From: Squalus acanthias
Taxonomy: Eukaryota
Assembly (NCBI GenBank): GCA_030390025.1
Contig: CM059432.1
Span: 59,584,001-59,648,000 of the forward strand
DNA: 64,000 nt
Direction of reading: 5' to 3'
The position numbers and the translations under genes were made by a program. The notes beneath the pieces were generated by a model that was not told the origin of the DNA, did not search any database, and was given only the letters and a program-made list of their open reading frames with translations. Within the stretch, counting starts at the first letter, position 1. Every line of letters begins with the position of its first letter. This document shows, piece after piece, positions 12,940 to 25,731 of this stretch.

Positions 12940-15410
12940 AATATTGGAGCACGAGCAGGCCATTCAGCTCCTCGAGCCTATTCCGCCATCTGTTAGATCA
13001 TGGCTGATCTGTATCGCCAATCCCTTTACCCGTCTTTGCTCTATATCCCTTGGTACCCTTACCCAACAATGATCTATTGATCTCAGTCTTGAAAATTTCA
13101 ATTGATTCAGCATCCACAGCCTTTTGGGTGTTGAGTTTCTGATTTCCACTGCCCTGTGTGCGAAAAAGTGCTTCCACATTTCACTCCTAAATGGCTTAAC
13201 TCAAATTTTAAGATTATGCCGCCTTTACATAGGATATACGGCACAGAAACAGGCCATTTGGCCCAACCAGTCCATGCCGGCATTTATGCTCCACACGAGC
13301 CTCCTCCCGTCTTTCCTCATCTAACTCTATCAGCATAACCCTCTATTCCCTGCTCCCTCATATGCTTATCTAGCCTCCCCTTAAATTCATCTATACTATT
13401 CGCTTCAACTACTCCCTGTGGTAGCGGGTTCCACATTCTCACCACTCTCTGGGTAAAAAAGTTTCTTCTGAATTCCCTATTTGATTTCTTGGTGACTATC
13501 TTACATTGATGGCCTCTAGTTATGCTCTCCCCACAAGTAGAAACACGCTCTCTGTATCCACTCTATCAAAACCTTTCATAACTTTAAAGGCCTCTATTAG
13601 GTCACCCCTCAGCCTTCTCTTTTCAAAGAGACTCAGCCTGTTCATCCTTTCCTGATAGGTATAACCTCGTATTTCTGGTATCATCCTTGTAAATCTTTTT
13701 TGCACCCTCTCCAGTGCCTCTATATCCTTTTTATAATATGGCGACCAGAACTGTAAACAGTATTCCTAGTAGTCATTGTTCTGGATACCCACACTAGAGG
13801 AAATAGTTTCTCTATCTACCCTTGCAAATCCCTTTATCATTTTAATCACCTTGATTAGATCACCCCTCAACCTTCTAAACTCAAGGGAATACAACTAAAG
13901 ATTAAGCAACCCATTCTCAATTTAACCCTTTAAGGCCCGGTATCATTCTGGTGAATCTGCACTGTATCCCCTCCAAGGCCATTATATTTAACCTGAGGCT
14001 CGGTGCCCAAAACTGAACACAGTATTCCAGATAGGGTCTGACCAAAGCTCTGTACAACTGAAGCATCACTTCCTCACTTTTGAATTCCAACCCCCTCAAG
14101 ATAAAGGCCAACATTCCATTAGCCATTTTGATTATTTTTTGTACCTGTACACTAGCTTTTAGTAATTTGTGTGCATGGACTCAAATCCATTTGCTTCTCC
14201 TTCTTCTCTTAGGCAGTCCCTCGGAACTGAGGATGACTTGCTTCCACATTAAAAATTAGTTCTCAGGTGACTGATGAGTCCAGGACCTGCAGTCTCTGTC
14301 ACAGGTAGGGCAGACGGTGGTTGAAGTGCTTGGGTTGACGTGCGCTCGGTTTCCGCAGGCTCCCAGCGAAGAGACTCGAGGTGTTCGGCGCCTTCCCGGA
14401 TGCTTCTCCTCCACTTTGTGCGGTCTTGGGCCAGGGATTCCTAGGTGTCAGTGGGGATGTTGCACTTTTCAAGGAAGCTTTGAGGGTGTCCTTGAAGCGT
14501 TTCCTCTGCCCACTTGGGGCTCTCTTGACGTGTCGGAGCTCCGAGTAGAGCACTTGTTTTGGGAGTCTCGTATCGGGCATGCAGACGATGTGACCTGTCC
14601 ATTGGAGCTGATCGAGCGTGGTCAAAGCTTCGATGCTGGGGATGTTGGCCTGAGCGAGAACACTGACGTTGGTGCGCCCATCCTGCCAATGGATTTGCAG
14701 GATCTTGCGGAGGCAGCGTTGGTGGTACCTCTCCAGTGCTTTGAGGTGCCTGCTGTACATGGTCCATGTCTCTGAGGCATACAGGAGGGCGGGTATCACT
14801 GCTGCTCTGCAGACCATGAGCTTAGTGCCGGGTTTGAGGTCCTGGTCTTCAAACACTCTCTTCCTCAAGCGACCGAAGGCTGCACTGGCACACTGAAGGT
14901 GGTGTTGGACTTCGTCATCGACATCTGCCCTTGTTGATAGTAGGCTCCCGAAGTATGGAAAGTGGTCCACGTTGTCCAAGGCTTCTCCACAGCTCAATGT
15001 CTCTCACCATTAAGAAAATATTCTGACTTGTCTTTCTCAGATCCAAAGTGGATGACCTTACACTTCCTCACATTGAACTCCACCTAATCCTTCATTAACA
15101 TACATGGTGAAAAGCTATGGGCCCAGTACAGATTTCTGAGGAACATGACTTGGCACATCCCATTAATCAGAGAACATTCCTTTTATCCCAACTCTGACTC
15201 CTACCTCCCAACCAATTACCGACCCATGTCACAAGGTCACCTCCAATTCTGAGTGCTCTCATTTTTTGCATGAATCTCTTGTGCAGAATGTTTTCTGAAT
15301 GCTCTTAAGAACATCCAGACACACTCCTCCATCCACCATGCTAGTGATCATTCAGAAAATTCAACTTGATTAGTCAGTTATGACCTACTCATCACAAATC
15401 TATGTTATAG
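12940..15410 (-). mobile_element. Nested CR1 3' fragments (outer copy interrupted by a CR1 at about 13225-13765 and an RTE at 14201-14980)
   Basis: ORFs 12964, 13520 and 13917 show CR1 C-terminal motifs [17 protein letters not shown] and RRLRGDLIE. Confidence 0.88.
14201..14980 (-). mobile_element. RTE-clade LINE, 5'-truncated
   Basis: ORF 14299-14997 has FPYFGS, ASAAFGRL, LLYASETW, RCLRKILQIHWQD and RLPKQVLYSEL; AAG-rich tail; 8-bp TSD gcttctcc (14193-14200 / 14981-14988). Confidence 0.92.
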
Positions 15411-15482
15411 CATTTTAAACATCCTATCTAGCCAGTCACACACCATTTTCTGATCAAAACAAATGTTACAATGTGAAATGGA

Positions 15483-18138
15483 GGGGTACGGTAGCATAGT
15501 GATTATGTTACTGGACTAGCAGTCCAGAGGCATGTTCAAATCCCACCATGACAGCTGGGGAATTTAAATTTAATTAAATAAATCTGCAATAAAAAGCTAG
15601 TATCAGCAATGGTGACCATGAAATGACCAGATTATTGTAAAAATCCATCTGGTTCATGTCCTTACCTGGTCTGGCCTATATGTGACTCCAGACCCACAGC
15701 AATGTGGTTGACTCTTAACTGCCCTCTGAAATGGCCTGGCAAGCCACTCAGTTGTACCGACTCAGCTATGACAAAGTATAAGAATAAAACCGGACGGAAC
15801 ACCCAGCATCTGATTCGGACACGACAACGGCACACCCAGTCCAGTCGACCTTGCAAAATCCTCCTAACTAATATCTGGGGACTTGTGCCAAAATTGGGAG
15901 AGCTGTCCCACAGAATACAGAATAGAATCATAGAAATTTACAGCACAGAAGGAGGCCATTCGGCCCTTCGCATCTGTGCCGGCGAAAAAGAGCTATCCTG
16001 CCTAATCCCACTTTCCAGCTCTGGAAGAAGCACTGAGGACAGCAAGGGCACAGAATGTACTCTGGGTCGGGGACTTCAATGTCCATCACCAAGAGTGGCT
16101 CGGTAGCACCACTACTGATTGAGCCCTGAAGGACATAGCTGCGAGACTGGGCTTGTGGCAGGTGGTGAGAGAACCAACACGAGGGGAAAAACCTCATTCT
16201 CACCAATATACCTGTCACAAATGCATCTGTCCAAGACAGTATTGGTAGGAGTGAACACCGCACAGTCCTTGCGGAGACAAGACCCATCTTCACACTGAAC
16301 ACCCTCCAACGTACTAAATGGGATAGATTCAGAACAGATCTAGCAGCTCAAAACTGGGCATCCATGAGGCGCTCTGAGCCATCAGCAGCAGCATTGTATA
16401 CCACCACCATCTGTAACCTCATGGCCCGGCATAGCCCTCACTCTACCATTACCATCAAGCCAGGGGACCAACCCTGGTTCAATGAGGAGTGCAGAAGAGC
16501 ATGCCAGAAGCAGCACCAGGCGTACCTAAAAATGAGGTGCTAACCTGTTGAAGCTACAACACCACGTGATATCAAGAAACGGCTGAGCGCATTGGACACA
16601 GCAAAGGCTATGGGCCTCGCCATCATCCCAGCTGTAGTGCTGAAGACTTGTGCTCCAGAACTAGCCTCTAGCCAAGCTGTTCCAGTACAGCTACAACACT
16701 GGCATCTACCCGACAAAGTGGAAAACTGCCCAGGCATGTCCTGTCCGCAAAAAGCAGGACAAATCCAATCCGGTCAATTACTGCCCTATCAGCCTACTCT
16801 CAATCATCAGCAAAGTGATGGAAGGGGTCGTCAATAGTGCTATCAAGCGGCACTTACTCACCAATAATCTGCTCACCGATGCTCAGTTTGGGTTCCGCCA
16901 GGACCAATCGGCTCCAGACCTCATTACAGCCTTGGTCCAAACATGGATAGAAGAGCTGCATTCCAGAGGTGAGGTGAGAGTGACTGCCCTTGGCATCAAG
17001 GCAGCATTTGACTGAGTGTGGCATTAAGGAGCCCTAGTAAAACTGAAGTCAATGGGAATCGGGGAAAACTTGCCACTGACTGGACTCATACCAAGTACAA
17101 TGGAAGGTGGTTGTTAGAGGCCAATCATCTCCGCCTCAGGACATTGCTGCAGGAGTTCCTCAGGGCAGTATCCTAGGCCCAACCATCTTCAGCTGCTTCA
17201 TCAATGACCTTTCCTCCATCATAAGGTCAGAAGTGGGGATGTTCGCTGATGATTGCAGTGTTCAGTTCCATTCACAACTCATCAGGTAATGAAGCAGTCC
17301 ATGCCTGCATGCAGCAAGACCTGGACAACATTGAGGCTTGGGCTGGTAAGTGGCAAGTAACATTCTTGCCACACAAATGCCAGGGAATGGCTATCTCCAA
17401 CAAGAGAGAGTCTAACCACTTGTCATTCCCTTGACATTCAATGGCATTACCATCGTCGAATCCCCCACCATTAATATCCTTGGGGTAACCATTGACCAGA
17501 AACTTAACTGGACCAGCCACATAAATACTGTGGCAACAAGAGCAGGTCAGAGGCTGGGTATTCTGCAGCGAGTGACACACCTCCTGACTCCCCAAAGCCT
17601 TTCCACCATCTACAAGGCACAACTAAGGAGTGTGATGGAATACTCTCCACTTGCCTGGATGAGTGCAGCTCCAACAACACTCAATAAGCTCAACACCATC
17701 CAGGACAAAACAGCCCGCTTGATTGGCACCTCATCCACCACCTTAAACATTCACTCCCTCCACCACCGGCACACCGTGGCTGCAGTGTGTACCATCTACA
17801 AGATGCACTGCAGCAACTCGCCAAGGCTTCTTTGACAGCACCTTCCAAACCCACGACCTCCATCACCTAGAAGGACAAGGGCAGCAAGTGCATGGGAACA
17901 CCACCACCTCCTAGTCACACACCATCCTGACTTGGAAATATATTGCCATTCCTTCATTGTCACTGGTTCAAAATCATGGAATCCCTACCTAACAGCACCT
18001 TGGGAGTACCTCCACTACACGAATTGCAGCAGTTCACGAAGGCAGCTCACCACCACCTCCTCCTCAAGGACAACTAGGGATGGGCAATAAATGCTGGCCT
18101 TGCCAGTGATGCCCACATCCTGTGCATGAATTTTAAAA
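15483..18138 (+). mobile_element. Near full-length single-ORF CR1-group (Zenon-like) LINE with tRNA-like 5' head (copy B); CR1 tail inserted at about 15914-16020
   Basis: A box 15492-15502, anticodon-like arm 15511-15527, B box 15534-15543; then ILLTNIWGL, GDFNVHH, QFGFR, GVPQGSILGP, FADD and YKAQLRSVMEY. Confidence 0.9.
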
Positions 18139-18438
18139 CCGTCTCCTGTCTTCCATTTTGCAACTAAAGAGAGCGACCTCCATTTTAAATCCTAGTTACT
18201 GAAACTATATAAAACTGAATATACAAACTAGTATTTTTAATCAGTAATCTTCATTAAATCCTCTCTTACTCAAGTAACAGACCGTCATCAGAGTGTCAAG
18301 ATGCTAACTTGTAACCTTTTCAGTCAAGCCTAGAGATTTTGCAAAACACGAGAACATTTCAGTTTCAGATCCTCAGACTTTAGCTGTCTCACTCACATTT
18401 GCAGAATAGCTTGCCTTACTTAAACATGCAAGTGTTCA

Positions 18439-18615
<177 letters not shown>

Positions 18616-19154
18616 CTATGATTCGACAAATGATTCACCATTAGTGCCCTAATTTAAATTCCAAGCTTATCTTTTTACCGCCTGCACATAATTTAAACCA
18701 CTAGGCCAGCATAAAAATGAAGACAGCTTGTTCTATCAAGAAATAGAAAGGGTATACGAGAACAGGAAAGTTCAGTCAGAGCTAGTAAATCCAATGCATG
18801 AATGCTTCTGAATCAGTACATAAACCATAAAAGGCAGTGTTCAGCTTGACCTGGTATTTGTAAATGACCAAGAAAATGTAATGGAAATCGAAAACATGGT
18901 ATCCTTGAGCAACAGTGACTACAAAAAACCCAAAGTTAAAAATATTTGATTGAGAAATACCGCCAAACAGAAGCTAGACATGCCATTTTAAAAGGGCTAA
19001 CTTCAAAGAAAATGAGGGAACAATGTAAACAGGTTGATGGGGAGGGGATGTTAAACGACATGTGGAACACCTTTAAACAGATATAATGTTGAGCATAACA
19101 TACCTAGAATCAGCAAGCTCAGACTAAATGAGGATGGTCCTAAATCGATTATAC

Positions 19155-19608
19155 AGAAAGACTTGCATTTATATAGCGCCTTTTACGACCACCGGAAGCC
19201 CCAAAGCGCTTTACAGCCAATGAAGTACTTTTGAAGTGTAGTCACTGTTGTAATGTAGGAGCACAGCAAGCTCCCACAAACAGCAACATTATCCCATGTG
19301 ATAATGACCAGATAATCTGTTTTAGTGATGTTGATTGAGGGATAAATATTGGCCAGGACACCGGGTATAACTCCCCTGCTCTTCTTCGAAATAGTGCCAC
19401 AGGATCTTTTACGTCCACCTGAGAGCGCAGACAGGGCCTCGGTTTAACTGCTCACCTGAAAGATGACACCTCCGACAGTGCAGCACTCCCTCAGTACTGC
19501 ATTGGAGTGTCAGCCTAGATTTTTGTGCTCAAGTCTCTGGAGTGAGACTTTAACCCACAACCTTCTGACTCAGATATGAGGGTGCTACCAACTGAGCCAC
19601 GGCTGACA
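19155..19608 (-). mobile_element. Deu-type tRNA SINE, full length
   Basis: Head tcagccgtggctcagttggtagcac on minus; L2-type tail ggcgctatataaatgcaag. Confidence 0.88.
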
Positions 19609-19636
19609 CATTGAAGGAAAATAAAGAGGAAACATT

Positions 19637-19804
19637 GGGGTAGATTTTCAACTTGCACTGCAGATCAGCTGTCTGTTATAGAAACCGCACAATTTTCATG
19701 TCCATTAAAAACTGATGGAAATGAAAAGCAGGCGATTTCTATAGTGGGCAGACAAGCCTCAATGTAGGTTATAAGCTGGCAACAGCAAGTTGAAAACCTA
19801 CACC
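19637..19804. mobile_element. 168-bp MITE (Harbinger-like)
   Basis: TIRs ggggtagattttcaacttg / caagttgaaaacctacacc; TSD ATT (19634-19636, 19805-19807). Confidence 0.8.
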
Positions 19805-19970
19805 ATTACCTCTACAAATCCTGTAGGGATGAGTTTCACTGGGATGAACAGATGAACATGCAGACATGTGTTAAAAGGTTGTCCAGAGGGGTTAAGAGTC
19901 CAAGGAAAGAAACTAGCTGCAGAGTTAAAACAAACAAAAAGAAATTCTTTCAATACTTCAACAGTATTGT

Positions 19971-20288
19971 GGGCAACACGGTGGCATAGTGGTTAGCACT
20001 GTTGCCTCACAGCGCCAGGGACCCAGGTTCGAATCCGGCCTCGGGTGACTGTCTGTGTGGAGTTTGCACATTCTCCCCGTGTCTGCGTGGGTTTCCTCCG
20101 GGTGCTCCGGTTTCCTCCCACAGTCCAAAGATGTGCGAGTTAGGTTGATTTGGCTATGATAAATTGACCCTTAGTGTTAGGGGGGGGATTAAATACGTGG
20201 GGTTACGGGGATAGGGTGGGATATGTGTCGGTGCAGGCTCGATGGGCCGAAATGGCCTCTATCTGCACTGTGGGGATTCTGTGATTCT
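19971..20288 (+). mobile_element. V-SINE (HE1-like) with tRNA head and CR1-type tail
   Basis: A box tggcatagtgg, B box ggttcgaatcc, V-domain gtgtggagtttgcacattctccccgtgtctgcgtgggtttcctccgggtgctccggtttcctccca, tail gggccgaaatggcc...gattct repeats. Confidence 0.92.
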
Positions 20289-20466
20289 GAGTAAGAGAGC
20301 ACACAAAAGAGATGAAAACCATAAAAGATGCAAGCAGGCTTGAAACAATAGACAATCACAAGATATTTTGAATGATTATTTCCTAAAAGGGCTCAAAACA
20401 AAAATCCCCAAAGGATAGATGGTATTTATCCCAAAGAACTGAGTGAGACTCGGCAGATGAAACACT

Positions 20467-21205
20467 GGGCTGAAATTTGCGGTCGGAGGTGTACCTCCGG
20501 AGTACGCCTCCAACCTGAAAGAAAATCTGAAAGTACCTGGTGTCTCTGGAGCTTCGGGTCCTGGGCCTGCAGGTGTACGCCTGTGTAAAGGCCCACGGAT
20601 CCCAGGGACGCAGGCGATTCAGAAGCGTCCCTGGGATCACTTGGGTCAGGCCAACCAATAGAAAGGGGGATTCCTCATCAGCTTATGGGGATTCCATTTA
20701 CCAACGGAATCCCCATAAATTTAATGAGAAATCCACAAATAAATAATTAACAATTCTCATAAAAAATAAATATTCCCATGTTCAAAATTAAATAAGTTCC
20801 TTTGATTAAGCATTTAAAATAAAAATTAAATTTGAAAAACATTTTAATTCAGCCCGAAATTTACATGAACTAAATTTAAATGTTTCTGTATGTATGTTTT
20901 AATCATTTAAAAAATTTTAATTTGACATTTATTTTAACCCTTACGCTGGTAAAAGCAGGCCCCAAGACTGCTTTTACCAGGCGTAAGGGTTTCGTGAGCA
21001 TTCGCTGAGCAGTAGTTGGGCAAACAGCCCAACTCTGCACCAACGAAAGTGTTTTTGGGGTGCCTGCGGACAATCTGTCCAGGAGAAACTCGACAGATCA
21101 CAAGTTCCGGATTTTCGTGCACGCGCAGCACATGTGGAAACCCAGAACTTGCGGAGCCATTCTGAGGACAGCGTACGCAGTCATCGGCCCTGTAAAATCC
21201 AGGCC
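20467..21205. mobile_element. Harbinger-like MITE related to 7204-7953
   Basis: Termini gggctgaaattt / aaaatccaggcc; shares ccctgggatcac...aaccaat and the ctggtaaaagcag hairpin; flanks act/att. Confidence 0.72.
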
Positions 21206-22159
21206 ATTGTGGATTATGAGGGAGTCACTGGGGAGATACCTTCAGAAACACCTTTCTGTGGGGTGCCTCAGGGATTGGTGGAGATCACTAGTGTTTCTAA
21301 TTTACATCAATGACAAAAGATTCAGAAATTCAATCCAAATTGGTCAATGGCTGGAATGGCCGCCATGTCATTCTACGAGGCATTGAAAATATTTTCACTT
21401 GTCCAAAGATAGTTTCTTCATAACAAATCCAGCCAGCAACTATCACTTGACCTTTGGTTCCACCCGTAGGTTTTCATTTAATTACATTCTTAGCCTTACC
21501 ATTTCCTTTGATATATAAGTATGTGAGATTTAAAAGAAGTTGTTGAACGCAAAGTAGATTTAGCAGCAAGCAGGGATAGGATTGGATAATAAGTGAAGGT
21601 CATTGATAAGGAAAAGAAACAGCGACACAGGACAGAACCTTGGAGAATCCTTAATTCTAAGGCTTGTGCTCACTATTTTGTATGACAACCCAGATAGACT
21701 GATTTGAGAGGAGGCTCGTTAGCCATGGATGTAGCTTTGTTGGGAGATTTACAATGGCAACTTATTTAGAGGTGCACAATAGCAAACTATTTTCAGTATG
21801 GACCGTACTCCATAACACAGTAGGTAGACAAAGAGCATGCCCAGAAGTCTCAAAACATTGATACTTCAAAATCAAGACTTGACTTTGTATTGTGAGATGG
21901 TAAGTGGTTAAGAAAAGATCTGAATAAAATTGTGCTAGGTCGCAATTCTAGCACTAGGGTGAAATAAACAGGAAGCTGCTTCATCCGTTTATAACAAATC
22001 TTCAAACACTTGCACACATTACTCGCAGCATTGATGCAAGGTTTGGTCTCTTGCACAAAGAGGCTCGAGGGTTTTGTTCCAAAGTATAAAGGTTTTATTA
22101 AGAAGTTATAATATAAGTAGTAAAGATGTTAAAATAAGAGTACAACATAACATAATAAA

Positions 22160-22279
22160 GGTCATCGACCTGAAACGTTAACTCTCTTTCTCTCTCCACG
22201 GATGCTGCCTGGCCTGCTGAGTTTTTCCAGCGTTTTCTGTTGTTATTTCAGATTTCCAGCATCCGCAGTATTTTGCTAT
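22160..22279 (+). mobile_element. Short Penelope-associated element starting at hammerhead stem II
   Basis: aggtc-atc-gacct-gaaacgtt; TSD cataataaa (22151-22159 / 22280-22288). Confidence 0.8.
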
Positions 22280-22879
22280 CATAATAAATAAGTCGTTGAG
22301 ATACAACCTCAACACCAACAAGGTTCCTAGGAAATCAATCTCAAATGGCCTTGTGATAACAGTGGAGAGGTCCAGTCTCGCTCTGAGAATATTCTAACAT
22401 TTATGTTTTACGTCCAGTCTTGTATACATTAATCACCCATTAGCTTACAGGACCTGGAGCCTGCTTTGTGCCCACTGTCTCCCAAGCCAAGCAGCCACCT
22501 GCTGACTCTTGTACATTCCACAACAAGGCAGAAACAGATAGTAACGTTTCCTATAAACATGAGGTAATAAATAGAAGTAGGGTGTTTCATTTCATGGTAT
22601 TCATCAAGGGCGCACTAACTAAACAAAGCTTGGACAATCTTCAGCTGAAGGACTACTGATGCTAACAATATTCAATAGAAAGCCTTATTCTGCAGAAGGC
22701 CCGCAAAAATGTTTTTCTTACATATGCCTTTCATTGTACCCTACTGGCGGCCAGCCAATGATTCTACTATAATCACAATTTTGTGCCCTTAATAATAATC
22801 TGGGCCAATGTGCACTGTGATTTCAGGATGTTTATCATGAAAGTGGCGGTCACTTGGATTTCATCAAGTCATGGCATGA

Positions 22880-23695
22880 ACACTGCTTGCCTGACATCCA
22901 CTAGAGGTTGAGCAGAAATTTCCTCCAATTAAATATTAGGAAGACCAAAGTAATAGTCTTCGGTCCCTGCCACAAAATCTGTTCCCCAGCCACAGACTCC
23001 ATCCCTGCTCCCTGCTCCCTGCTCCCTGGCCACTGTCTGAGGCTTAACCAGACTGTTCGCAACCACGGCATCCTAATTGACCCCGAGCTGAGCTTTCGAC
23101 CCCATATCCTCTCCATCACCAAGAGAGCCTATTTCCACCTCTGTAACATCTGCTGCTGAAACCTTCATCCATGTCTTTGTAATCTCCAGATTTAATTTTT
23201 CCAATGCTCTCTTGGTCAGCCTCTCACCTTCAACCCTCCGTAAACTTGAGCTCATCCAAAACTCTGCTGCCCGTATCCTAACTTAGGCCAAGTCCCGATC
23301 ATCCATCATCCCTGTCCTCGCTGAACTACATTGGCTCCTGGTTCAGCAATGTCTCGAATTTAAAATTCTCATTGTGTTCAAATTCTTCCTTGGCTTTGCC
23401 TGTCTCTATCTCTACAACCTTCCGAGATCTCTGCACGCCTCCAATTCTGGCCTCTTACGCATCCCCAAGTTGCATTGGCAGCCGTGCCTTCAGCTGCCTC
23501 GGCCCTAAGTTCTGGAATTCCCTCCCTAAACACCTCTCTCCACCTTTAAGGCATGCCTTAAAACTTAGCTCTTTGACCAAGCTTTTGGTCATCTGTCTTA
23601 ATATCTCCTTATGTGGTTCGGTTGATAACACTTGTGAAGTGCCTTGGGATGTTTTACAACATTTAAAAGTGCTGTATAAATGCAAGTTTTTGTTG
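22880..23695 (+). mobile_element. L2 LINE 3' fragment
   Basis: NFLQLNIRKTK, RAYFHL and RAFSCLGPKFWNSLP motifs; L2 tail gtgctgtataaatgcaag. Confidence 0.88.
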
Positions 23696-24200
23696 CTGAA
23701 TGGAAAATTTTACCAGTCGAAAATGCCATGTCCCACATGTTCTCTTTCCCCCATCTCCTTTCAATCGAGTGACTATGTTTCACGAGCACAACCTTCAAAG
23801 AGACAAATATGTGCTGTACTACAGTGTACGAGGTTAATATTTATATATCTGTACACAGATGTTTGCTCCAGTGATGCCAAAGGTGGGCTTCTGACATTCT
23901 TTTGCTCCTCTGCAGCAAGTTTGTATATGAATTAAAATAAGAAAATGTGTATCAAAACATTAGCCGGAATAAAATTTTTGAAATGTTTATATGATCCCCA
24001 TGAGATAAATGGAGGATGTAAATTCAACCAATCAGGCCATTAGAGCATATGATGCTAAGCAGATGAGTCATGACACTGCATAATAATGCTGTTGCTTTGA
24101 CTTTAAACATGAATTAAGCATGAACTGGTGCTTTTGGTGATGATTTACTATCTTTCTTTGTCTACAGTACTGCAAAAATTATAAATGGGACTTGGGAAAT

Positions 24201-24612
24201 GTCAGCCGTGGCTCAGTTGGTAGCACCCTCTCCTCGGAGTCAGAAGGTTGTGGGTTCAAGCCCCATTCCAGGGGCTTGAGCACAAAAATCTAGACTGACG
24301 CTCCACTGCAGTACTGAGGGAGTGCTGAACTGTCGGAGGTGCCGTCTTTCACCCCGCCTGCCCGCTCAGGTGGACATAAAAGATCCGAAGGCACTATTTC
24401 GAATAAGAGCAGGGGAGTTATCCCCGGTGTCCTAGCCAATATTTATCCCTCAATCAACATCACAAAAACACAGATTATCTGGTCATTATCACATTGCTGT
24501 TTGTGGGAGCTTGCTGTGCGCAAATTGGCTGCCACGTTTCCTACATTACATCATTGGCTGTAAAGTGCTTTGGGATGTCGATGGTCGTGAAAGGCACTAT
24601 ATGAATGCAAGT
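24201..24612 (+). mobile_element. Deu-type tRNA SINE
   Basis: gtcagccgtggctcagttggtagc...gggttcaagccc head, shared body and tail. Confidence 0.88.
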
Positions 24613-25687
24613 CCTTTTTTTAAACAATACACAATTCCCCAGGCACAGTACCCTTATACAGACATAACTGAGGAGATACAAAATCAATTGATCAACAGAA
24701 ATTGATCTGCTCATGTACATCAGTAAGTCCTCACTGTGACATATCACTTAGGCTTACTAACAAACTCTACCACACTTGCACAACCTTTACCACAAGTGTT
24801 TGTATGGCTTGCAAAACAACAGAGTACAAGATTCTCCTGTAGATGTCACAGCCTTTGGCACGTAACATGCAGGAGTTTTATACTTCGATTCAGACTGTAA
24901 AGTGGTGTGGTACAGTAATGAATACCTGATATTACTGTAACATTCAATTAAATTCTTAAAATCTTGAGTGGCCAAATGTTCAACTTAAAAGGATCATTCT
25001 ATTTTAAAGGCACCTGTCATAAATCGCAAGTAACAACTCAGGAAGTACTACTGGGTGGCCAGCTGGGGCGCCGTCCAGGGAGTATAAATACTCAGGAATG
25101 GGCCCACCTTGGGCAGAGACAATCTGGAAACAGGAAGCTAGTGACTGCTAACTAGACCTCCATGTTTTGTTACAAGTTGATTAAAGCCTTGCTTTATGTT
25201 CAAGTGCGTAGTGAGTCTTTATTACGTCAGCACCCACTTAATATATTCTGGTATATAGCCCATAGATTCCTTAGAGTGTACTGCTATTAATTCCAGTTTG
25301 CCTACACAAATTGCTGGAAATACAGTGAAGCAGATTAAAATACTGCTAAAACAAGAGCTGAAGTGAAACCTCAGACAAGTATTTTTTACTTAACGTGAGA
25401 GCCACAAAATGGTTACATTTATTATGGGGATATAATAATTAAGCATAGACACCTGTGTGTGGGGCAAGGGGGAGGCAGGAATTTTCACTGAAATCACAAA
25501 CCAATCAAAAATCTCCAAATATTTACATTTAATTTCAAATTTTACATATCTGACATGGCATATACAATGAGTGCCAGATTATGATCTATATATTGGCTTG
25601 CAACAGTTCAGAATACAATATAGACACACATACATACACGGACAGACAGACACAATATAAACATACACACACACACAAATATAAACA

Positions 25688-25690
<3 letters not shown>

Positions 25691-25726
<36 letters not shown>
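25691..25726 (+). repeat. (AC)18 microsatellite within a degenerate CA-rich tract
   Basis: Read directly. Confidence 0.95.

Positions 25727-25731
<5 letters not shown>

Larger units (their letters stand above)
18770..21360 (+). mobile_element. Old, fragmented CR1 remnant hosting younger SINE and MITE insertions
   Basis: Degenerate LDLVFVND, SNSDY, KKFFQYFNSK and GIYPKE-like segments lie between the insertions. Confidence 0.6.

Noticed and set aside
15483..15550. tRNA-like heads (also 12225-12306, 19971-20040, 24201-24270) as true tRNA genes
   Set aside because: No complete cloverleaf or downstream T-run terminator; all are fused to retroelement bodies.
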